Assembly (NCBI GenBank): GCA_964016885.1
Contig: OZ024758.1
Span: forward strand, 37,386,001 to 37,450,000
DNA from: Eledone cirrhosa
Lineage: Eukaryota
Length of the DNA: 64,000 bases
Direction of reading: 5' to 3'
Under the pieces are notes generated by a model. The model had not been told where the DNA came from. It saw only the letters and a list, made by a program, of their open reading frames with translations, and ran no database searches. Within the stretch, counting starts at the first letter, position 1, and the number at the start of each line of letters is the position of its first letter. A program made the translations under genes and the position numbers. Shown here in pieces: positions 1 to 10,800 of the stretch.

Positions 1-3000
1 GAAGGAACCCCACTGTTGGTGAGAATTCATTTAAGTTCATGGTACTAGCTGTCAGAAGTAACTCCACTGTTGGTGAGAATTCATTTAAGTTCATGGTATT
101 AGTTTGTCAGAAGTAACTCCACTGTTGGTGAGAATTCATTTAAGTCATGGTATTAGTTGTCAGAAGTAACTCCAATGTTGGTGAGAATTCATTTAAGCCA
201 TGGTACTAGCTGTCAGAAATAACTCCAATGTTGGTGAGAATTCATTTAAGTTCATGGTATTAGCTGTCAGAACGAACTCCACTGTTGGTGAGAATTCATT
301 TAAGTTCATGGTATTAGCTGTCAGAAGTAACTCCACTGTTGGTGAGAATTCATTTAAGTTCATGGTATTAGCTGTCAGAAGTAACTCCACTGTTGGTGAG
401 AATTCATTTAAGTTCATGGTACTAGCTGTCAGAAGTAACTCCACTGTTGGTGAGAATTCATTTAAGTTCATGGTATTAGTTTGTCAGAAGTAACTCCACT
501 GTTGGTGAGAATTCATTTAAGTCATGGTATTAGTTGTCAGAAGTAACTCCAATGTTGGTGAGAATTCATTTAAGTTCATGGTATTAGCTGTCAGAAGGAA
601 CTCCACTGTTGGTGAGAATTCATTTAAGTTCATGGTATTAGCTGTCAGAAGGAACTCCAATGTTGGTGAGAATTCATTTAAGTTCATGGTATTAGCTGTC
701 AGAAGGAACTCCACTGTTGGTGAGAATTCATTTAAGTTCATGGTATTAGCTGTCAGAAGGAACTCCAATGTTGGTGAGAATTCATTTAAGTCATGGTACT
801 AGCTGTCAGAAGTAACTCCAATGTTGGTGAGAATTCATTTAAGTCATGGTACTAGCTGTCAGAAGTAACTCCAATGTTGGTGAGAATTCATTTAAGTTCA
901 TGGTATTAGCTGTCAGAAGGAACTCCACTGTTGGTGAGAATTCATTTAAGTTCATGGTATTAGCTGTCAGAAGTAACTCCACTGTTGGTGAGAATTCATT
1001 TAAGTTCATGGTATTAGCTGTCAGAAGTAACTCCACTGTTGGTGAGAATTCATTTAAGTTCATGGTACTAGCTGTCAGAAGTAACTCCAATGTTGGTGAG
1101 AATTCATTTAAGTTCATGGTATTAGCTGTCAGAAGTAACTCCACTGTTGGTGAGAATTCATTTAAGTCATGGTATTAGCTGTCAGAAGTAACTCCAATGT
1201 TGGTGAGAATTCATTTAAGTTCATGGTATTAGCTGTCAGAAGTAACTCCAATGTTGGTGAGAATTCATTTAAGTTCATGGTATTAGCTGTCAGAAGGAAC
1301 TCCACTGTTGCTGAGAATTCATTTAAGTTCATGGTATTAGCTGTCAGAAGTAACTCCACTGTTGGTGAGAATTCATTTAAGTTCATGGTACTAGCTGTCA
1401 GAAGTAACTCCACTGTTGGTGAGAATTCATTTAAGTTCATGGTATTAGCTGTCAGAAGTCACTCCAATGTTGGTGAGAATTCATTTAAGTTCATGGTATT
1501 AGCTGTCAGAAGTCACTCCACTGTTGGTGAGAATTCATTTAAGTTCATGGTACTAGCTGTCAGAAGTAACCCCAATGTTGGTGAGAATTCATTTAAGTTC
1601 ATGGTATTAGCTGTCAGAAGTCACTCCAATGTTGGTGAGAATTCATTTAAGTTCATGGTATTAGCTGTCAGAAGTAACTCCACTGTTGGTGAGAATTCAT
1701 TTAAGTTCATGGTATTAGCTGTCAGAAGTAACTCCACTGTTGGTGAGAATTCATTTAAGTTCATGGTATTAGCTGTCAGAAGGAACTCCACTGTTGGTGA
1801 GAATTCATTTAAGTTCATGGTACTAGCTGTCAGAAGTAACTCCACTGTTGGTGAGAATTCATTTAAGTTCATGGTATTAGTTTGTCAGAAGTAACTCCAC
1901 TGTTGGTGAGAATTCATTTAAGTCATGGTATTAGTTGTCAGAAGTAACTCCAATGTTGATGAGAATTCATTTAAGTTCATGGTATTAGCTGTCAGAACGA
2001 ACTCCACTGTTGGTGAAAATTCATTTAAGTTCATGGTATTAGCTGTCAGAAGTAACTCCACTGTTGGTGAGAATTCATTTAAGTTCATGGTACTAGCTGT
2101 CAGAAGTAACTCCAATGTTGGTGCGAATTCATTTAAGTTCATGGTATTAGCTGTCAGAAGTAACTCCACTGTTGGTGAGAGTTCATTTAAGTCATGGTAT
2201 TAGCTGTCAGAAGTAACTCCAATGTTGGTGAGAATTCATTTAAGTTCATGGTATTAGCTGTCAGAAGTAACTCCACTGTTGGTGAGAATTCATTTAAGTT
2301 CATGGTATTAGCTGTCAGAAGTAACTCCACTGTTGGTGAGAATTCATTTAAGTTCATGGTACTAGCTGTCAGAAGTAACTCCACTGTTGGTGAGAATTCA
2401 TTTAAGTTCATGGTATTAGTTTGTCAGAAGTAACTCCACTGTTGGTGAGAATTCATTTAAGTCATGGTATTAGTTGTCAGAAGTAACTCCAATGTTGGTG
2501 AGAATTCATTTAAGTTCATGGTATTAGCTGTCAGAAGGAACTCCACTGTTGGTGAGAATTCATTTAAGTTCATGGTATTAGCTGTCAGAAGGAACTCCAA
2601 TGTTGGTGAGAATTCATTTAAGTCATGGTACTAGCTGTCAGAAGTAACTCCACAGTTGGTGAGAATTCATTTAAGTTCATGGTATTAGCTGTCAGAAGGA
2701 ACTCCACTGTTGGTGAGAATTCATTTAAGTTCATGGTACTAGCTGTCAGAAGGAACTCCACTGTTGGTGAGAATTCATTTAAGTTCATGGTATTAGTTTG
2801 TCAGAAGTAACTCCACTGTTGGTGAGAATTCATTTAAGTCATGGTATTAGTTGTCAGAAGTAACTCCAATGTTGGTGATAATTCATTTAAGCCATGGTAC
2901 TAGTTGTCAGAAGTAACTCCAATGTTGGTGAGAATTCATTTAATTTCATGGTATTAGCTGTCAGAACGAACTCCACTGTTGGTGAGAATTCATTTAAGTT

Positions 3001-4885
3001 CATGGTATTAGCTGTCAGAAGGAACTCCACTGTTGGTGAGAATTCATTTAAGTTCATGGTATTAGCTGTCAGAAGGAACGCCACTGTTGGTGAGAATTCA
3101 TTTAAGTTCATGGTATTAGCTGTCAGAAGTAACTCCACTGTTGGTGAGAATTCATTTAAGTTCATGGTACTAGCTGTCAGAAGTAACTCCAATGTTGGTG
3201 AGAATTCATTTAAGTTCATGGTATTAGCTGTCAGAAGGAACTCCACTGTTGGTGAGAATTCATTTAAGTTCATGGTATTAGCTGTCAGAAGTAACTCCAC
3301 TGTTGGTGAGAATTCATTTAAGTTCATGGTATTAGCTGTCAGAAGTAACTCCACTGTTGGTGAGAATTCATTTAAGTTCATGGTACTAGCTGTCAGAAGT
3401 AACTCCAATGTTGGTGAGAATTCATTTAAGTTCATGGTATTAGCTGTCAGAAGTAACTCCACTGTTGGTGAGAATTCATTTAAGTCATGGTATTAGCTGT
3501 CAGAAGTAACTCCAATGTTGGTGAGAATTCATTTAAGTTCATTGTATTAGCTGTCAGAAGTAACTCCAATGTTGGTGAGAATTCATTTAAGTTCATGGTA
3601 TTAGCTGTCAGAAGGAACTCCACTGTTGCTGAGAATTCATTTAAGTTCATGGTATTAGCTGTCAGAAGTAACTCCACTGTTGGTGAGAATTCATTTAAGT
3701 TCATGGTAATAGCTGTCAGAAGTACCCCAATGTTGGTGAGAATTCATTTAAGTTCATGGTATTAGCTGTCAGAAGTCACTCCAATGTTGGTGAGAATTCA
3801 TTTAAGTTCATGGTATTAGCTGTCAGAAGTAACTCCACTGTTGGTGAGAATTCATTTAAGTTCATGGTATTAGCTGTCAGAAGTAACTCCACTGTTGGTG
3901 AGAATTCATTTAAGTTCATGGTATTAGCTGTCAGAAGGAACTCCACTGTTGGTGAGAATTCATTTAAATTCATGGTACTAGCTGTCAGAAGTAACTCCAC
4001 TGTTGGTGAGAATTCATTTAAGTTCATGGTATTAGTTTGTCAGAAGTAACTCCACTGTTGGTGAGAATTCATTTACGTCATGGTATTAGTTGTCAGAAGT
4101 AACTCCAATGTTGGTGAGAATTCATTTAAGCCATGGTACTAGCTGTCAGAAGTAACTCCAATGTTGGTGAGAATTCATTTAAGTTCATGGTATTAGCTGT
4201 CAGAACGAACTCCACTGTTGGTGAAAATTCATTTAAGTTCATGGTATTAGCTGTCAGAAGTAACTCCACTGTTGGTGAGAATTCATTTAAGTTCATGGTA
4301 CTAGCTGTCAGAAGTAACTCCAATGTTGGTGAGAATTCATTTAAGTTCATGGTATTAGCTGTCAGAAGTAACTCCACTGTTGGTGAGAGTTCATTTAAGT
4401 CATGGTATTAGCTGTCAGAAGTAACTCCAATGTTGGTGAGAATTCATTTAAGTTCATGGTATTAGCTGTCAGAAGTAACTCCACTGTTGGTGAGAATTCA
4501 TTTAAGTTCATGGTATTAGCTGTCAGAAGTAACTCCACTGTTGGTGAGAATTCATTTAAGTTCATGGTACTAGCTGTCAGAAGTAACTCGACTGTTGGTG
4601 AGAATTCATTTAAGTTCATGGTATTAGTTTGTCAGAAGTAACTCCACTGTTGGTGAGAATTCATTTAAGTCATGGTATTAGTTGTCAGAAGTAACTCCAA
4701 TGTTGGTGAGAATTCATTTAAGTTCATGGTATTAGCTGTCAGAAGGAACTCCACTGTTGGTGAGAATTCATTTAAGTTCATGGTATTAGCTGTCAGAAGG
4801 AACTCCAATGTTGGTGAGAATTCATTTAAGTCATGGTACTAGCTGTCAGAAGTAACTCCAATGTTGGTGAGAATTCATTTAAGTC

Positions 4886-7800
4886 ATGGTACTAGCTGTC
4901 AGAAGTAACTCCAATGTTGGTGAGAATTCATTTAAGTTCATGGTATTAGCTGTCAGAAGGAACTCCACTGTTGGTGAGAATTCATTTAAGTTCATGGTAT
5001 TAGCTGTCAGAAGTAACTCCACTGTTGGTGAGAATTCATTTAAGTTCATGGTATTAGCTGACAGAAGTAACTCCACTGTTGGTGAGAATTCATTTAAGTT
5101 CATGGTACTAGCTGTCAGAAGTAACTCCAATGTTGGTGAGAATTCATTTAAGTTCATGGTATTAGCTGTCAGAAGTAACTCCACTGTTGGTGAGAATTCA
5201 TTTAAGTCATGGTATTAGCTGTCAGAAGTAACTCCAATGTTGGTGAGAATTCATTTAAGTTCATGGTATTAGCTGTCAGAAGTAACTCCAATGTTGGTGA
5301 GATTTCATTTAAGTTCATGGTATTAGCTGTCAGAAGGAACTCCACTGTTGCTGAGAATTCATTTAAGTTCATGGTATTAGCTGTCAGAAGTAACTCCACT
5401 GTTGGTGAGAATTCATTTAAGTTCATGGTACTAGCTGTCAGAAGTAACTCCACTGTTGGTGAGAATTCATTTAAGTTCATGGTATTAGCTGTCAGAAGTC
5501 ACTCCAATGTTGGTGAGAATTCATTTAAGTTCATGGTATTAGCTGTCAGAAGTCACTCCACTGTTGGTGAGAATTCATTTAAGTTCATGGTACTAGCTGT
5601 CAGAAGTAACCCCAATGTTGGTGAGAATTCATTTAAGTTCATGGTATTAGCTATCAGAAGTCACTCCAATGTTGGTGAGAATTCATTTAAGTTCATGGTA
5701 TTAGCTGTCAGAAGTAACTCCACTGTTGGTGAGAATTCATTTAAGTTCATGGTATTAGCTGTCAGAAGTAACTCCACTGTTGGTGAGAATTCATTTAAGT
5801 TCATGGTATTAGCTGTCAGAAGGAACTCCACTGTTGGTGAGAATTCATTTAAGTTCATGGTACTAGCTGTCAGAAGTAACTCCACTGTTGGTGAGAATTC
5901 ATTTAAGTTCATGGTATTAGTTTGTCAGAAGTAACTCCACTGTTGGTGAGAATTCATTTAAGTCATGGTATTAGTTGTCAGAAGTAACTCCAATGTTGGT
6001 GAGAATTCACTTAAGCCATGGTACTAGCTGTCAGAAGTAACTCCAATGTTGGTGAGAATTCATTTAAGTTCATGGTATTAGCTGTCAGAACGAACTCCAC
6101 TGTTGGTGAGAATTCATTTAAGTTCATGGTATTAGCTGTCAGAAGTAACTCCACTGTTGGTGAGAATTCATTTAAGTTCATGGTACTAGCTGTCAGAAGA
6201 AACTCCAATGTTGGTGAGAATTCATTTAAGTTCATGGTATTAGCTGTCAGAAGTAACTCCACTGTTGGTGAGAGTTCATTTAAGTCATGGTATTAGCTGT
6301 CAGAAGTAACTCCAATGTTGGTGAGAATTCATTTAAGTTCATGGTATTAGCTGTCAGAAGTAACTCCACTGTTGGTGAGAATTCATTTAAGTTCATGGTA
6401 TTAGCTGTCAGAAGTAACTCCACTGTTGGTGAGAATTCATTTAAGTTCATGGTACTAGCTGTCAGAAGTAACTCCACTGTTGGTGAGAATTCATTTAAGT
6501 TCATGGTATTAGTTTGTCAGAAGTAACTCCACTGTTGGTGAGAATTCATTTAAGTCATGGTATTAGTTGTCAGAAGTAACTCCAATGTTGGTGAGAATTC
6601 ATTTAAGTTCATGGTATTAGCTGTCAGAAGGAACTCCACTGTTGGTGAGAATTCATTTAAGTTCATGGTATTAGCTGTCAGAAGGAACTCCAATGTTGGT
6701 GAGAATTCATTTAAGTTCATGGTATTAGCTGTCAGAAGGAACTCCACTGTTGGTGAGAATTCATTTAAGTTCATGGTATTAGCTGTCAGAAGGAACTCCA
6801 ATGTTGGTGAGAATTCATTTAAGTCATGGTACTAGCTGTCAGAAGTAACTCCAATGTTGGTGAGAATTCATTTAAGTCATGGTACTAGCTGTCAGAAGTA
6901 ACTCCAATGTTGGTGAGAATTCATTTAAGTTCATGGTATTAGCTGTCAGAAGGAACTCCACTGTTGGTGAGAATTCATTTAAGTTCATGGTATTAGCTGT
7001 CAGAAGTAACTCCACTGTTGGTGAGAATTCATTTAAGTTCATGGTATTAGCTGACAGAAGTAACTCCACTGTTGGTGAGAATTCATTTAAGTTCATGGTA
7101 CTAGCTGTCAGAAGTAACTCCAATGTTGGTGAGAATTCATTTAAGTTCATGGTATTAGCTGTCAGAAGTAACTCCACTGTTGGTGAGAATTCATTTAAGT
7201 CATGGTATTAGCTGTCAGAAGTAACTCCAATGTTGGTGAGAATTCATTTAAGTTCATGGTATTAGCTGTCAGAAGTAACTCCAATGTTGGTGAGATTTCA
7301 TTTAAGTTCATGGTATTAGCTGTCAGAAGGAACTCCACTGTTGCTGAGAATTCATTTAAGTTCATGGTATTAGCTGTCAGAAGTAACTCCACTGTTGGTG
7401 AGAATTCATTTAAGTTCATGGTACTAGCTGTCAGAAGTAACTCCACTGTTGGTGAGAATTCATTTAAGTTCATGGTATTAGCTGTCAGAAGTCACTCCAA
7501 TGTTGGTGAGAATTCATTTAAGTTCATGGTATTAGCTGTCAGAAGTCACTCCACTGTTGGTGAGAATTCATTTAAGTTCATGGTACTAGCTGTCAGAAGT
7601 AACCCCAATGTTGGTGAGAATTCATTTAAGTTCATGGTATTAGCTATCAGAAGTCACTCCAATGTTGGTGAGAATTCATTTAAGTTCATGGTATTAGCTG
7701 TCAGAAGTAACTCCACTGTTGGTGAGAATTCATTTAAGTTCATGGTATTAGCTGTCAGAAGTAACTCCACTGTTGGTGAGAATTCATTTAAGTTCATGGT

Positions 7801-10800
7801 ATTAGCTGTCAGAAGGAACTCCACTGTTGGTGAGAATTCATTTAAGTTCATGGTACTAGCTGTCAGAAGTAACTCCACTGTTGGTGAGAATTCATTTAAG
7901 TTCATGGTATTAGTTTGTCAGAAGTAACTCCACTGTTGGTGAGAATTCATTTAAGTCATGGTATTAGTTGTCAGAAGTAACTCCAATGTTGGTGAGAATT
8001 CACTTAAGCCATGGTACTAGCTGTCAGAAGTAACTCCAATGTTGGTGAGAATTCATTTAAGTTCATGGTATTAGCTGTCAGAACGAACTCCACTGTTGGT
8101 GAGAATTCATTTAAGTTCATGGTATTAGCTGTCAGAAGTAACTCCACTGTTGGTGAGAATTCATTTAAGTTCATGGTACTAGCTGTCAGAAGAAACTCCA
8201 ATGTTGGTGAGAATTCATTTAAGTTCATGGTATTAGCTGTCAGAAGTAACTCCACTGTTGGTGAGAGTTCATTTAAGTCATGGTATTAGCTGTCAGAAGT
8301 AACTCCAATGTTGGTGAGAATTCATTTAAGTTCATGGTATTAGCTGTCAGAAGTAACTCCACTGTTGGTGAGAATTCATTTAAGTTCATGGTATTAGCTG
8401 TCAGAAGTAACTCCACTGTTGGTGAGAATTCATTTAAGTTCATGGTACTAGCTGTCAGAAGTAACTCCACTGTTGGTGAGAATTCATTTAAGTTCATGGT
8501 ATTAGTTTGTCAGAAGTAACTCCACTGTTGGTGAGAATTCATTTAAGTCATGGTATTAGTTGTCAGAAGTAACTCCAATGTTGGTGAGAATTCATTTAAG
8601 TTCATGGTATTAGCTGTCAGAAGGAACTCCACTGTTGGTGAGAATTCATTTAAGTTCATGGTATTAGCTGTCAGAAGGAACTCCAATGTTGGTGAGAATT
8701 CATTTAAGTTCATGGTATTAGCTGTCAGAAGGAACTCCACTGTTGGTGAGAATTCATTTAAGTTCATGGTATTAGCTGTCAGAAGGAACTCCAATGTTGG
8801 TGAGAATTCATTTAAGTCATGGTACTAGCTGTCAGAAGTAACTCCAATGTTGGTGAGAATTCATTTAAGTCATGGTACTAGCTGTCAGAAGTAACTCCAA
8901 TGTTGGTGAGAATTCATTTAAGTTCATGGTATTAGCTGTCAGAAGGAACTCCACTGTTGGTGAGAATTCATTTAAGTTCATGGTATTAGCTGTCAGAAGT
9001 AACTCCACTGTTGGTGAGAATTCATTTAAGTTCATGGTATTAGCTGTCAGAAGTAACTCCACTGTTGGTGAGAATTCATTTAAGTTCATGGTACTAGCTG
9101 TCAGAAGTAACTCCAATGTTGGTGAGAATTCATTTAAGTTCATGGTATTAGCTGTCAGAAGTAACTCCACTGTTGGTGAGAATTCATTTAAGTCATGGTA
9201 TTAGCTGTCAGAAGTAACTCCAATGTTGGTGAGAATTCATTTAAGTTCATGGTATTAGCTGTCAGAAGTAACTCCAATGTTGGTGAGAATTCATTTAAGT
9301 TCATGGTATTAGCTGTCAGAAGGAACTCCACTGTTGCTGAGAATTCATTTAAGTTCATGGTATTAGCTGTCAGAAGTAACTCCACTGTTGGTGAGAATTC
9401 ATTTAAGTTCATGGTACTAGCTGTCAGAAGTAACTCCACTGTTGGTGAGAATTCATTTAAGTTCATGGTATTAGCTGTCAGAAGTCACTCCAATGTTGGT
9501 GAGAATTCATTTAAGTTCATGGTATTAGCTGTCAGAAGTCACTCCACTGTTGGTGAGAATTCATTTAAGTTCATGGTACTAGCTGTCAGAAGTAACCCCA
9601 ATGTTGGTGAGAATTCACTTAAGCCATGGTACTAGCTGTCAGAAGTAACTCCAATGTTGGTGAGAATTCATTTAAGTTCATGGTATTAGCTGTCAGAACG
9701 AACTCCACTGTTGGTGAGAATTCATTTAAGTTCATGGTATTAGCTGTCAGAAGTAACTCCACTGTTGGTGAGAATTCATTTAAGTTCATGGTACTAGCTG
9801 TCAGAAGAAACTCCAATGTTGGTGAGAATTCATTTAAGTTCATGGTATTAGCTGTCAGAAGTAACTCCACTGTTGGTGAGAGTTCATTTAAGTCATGGTA
9901 TTAGCTGTCAGAAGTAACTCCAATGTTGGTGAGAATTCATTTAAGTTCATGGTATTAGCTGTCAGAAGTAACTCCACTGTTGGTGAGAATTCATTTAAGT
10001 TCATGGTATTAGCTGTCAGAAGTAACTCCACTGTTGGTGAGAATTCATTTAAGTTCATGGTACTAGCTGTCAGAAGTAACTCCACTGTTGGTGAGAATTC
10101 ATTTAAGTTCATGGTATTAGTTTGTCAGAAGTAACTCCACTGTTGGTGAGAATTCATTTAAGTCATGGTATTAGTTGTCAGAAGTAACTCCAATGTTGGT
10201 GAGAATTCATTTAAGTTCATGGTATTAGCTGTCAGAAGGAACTCCACTGTTGGTGAGAATTCATTTAAGTTCATGGTATTAGCTGTCAGAAGGAACTCCA
10301 ATGTTGGTGAGAATTCATTTAAGTTCATGGTATTAGCTGTCAGAAGGAACTCCACTGTTGGTGAGAATTCATTTAAGTTCATGGTATTAGCTGTCAGAAG
10401 GAACTCCAATGTTGGTGAGAATTCATTTAAGTCATGGTACTAGCTGTCAGAAGTAACTCCAATGTTGGTGAGAATTCATTTAAGTCATGGTACTAGCTGT
10501 CAGAAGTAACTCCAATGTTGGTGAGAATTCATTTAAGTTCATGGTATTAGCTGTCAGAAGGAACTCCACTGTTGGTGAGAATTCATTTAAGTTCATGGTA
10601 TTAGCTGTCAGAAGTAACTCCACTGTTGGTGAGAATTCATTTAAGTTCATGGTATTAGCTGACAGAAGTAACTCCACTGTTGGTGAGAATTCATTTAAGT
10701 TCATGGTACTAGCTGTCAGAAGTAACTCCAATGTTGGTGAGAATTCATTTAAGTTCATGGTATTAGCTGTCAGAAGTAACTCCACTGTTGGTGAGAATTC

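Noticed and set aside
193-471. Minus-strand peptide NEFSP resembling a cadherin linker (DxNE/DxxP)
   Set aside because: It is a five-residue resemblance lacking the upstream Asp and the ~110-aa domain, which is expected by chance.
776-850. Programmed frameshifting at tttaagtcatg joining the ORFs into one giant protein
   Set aside because: There is no X XXY YYZ slippery heptamer or strong downstream structure. The same context occurs in non-deleted units, and hundreds of shifts in both directions would be needed.
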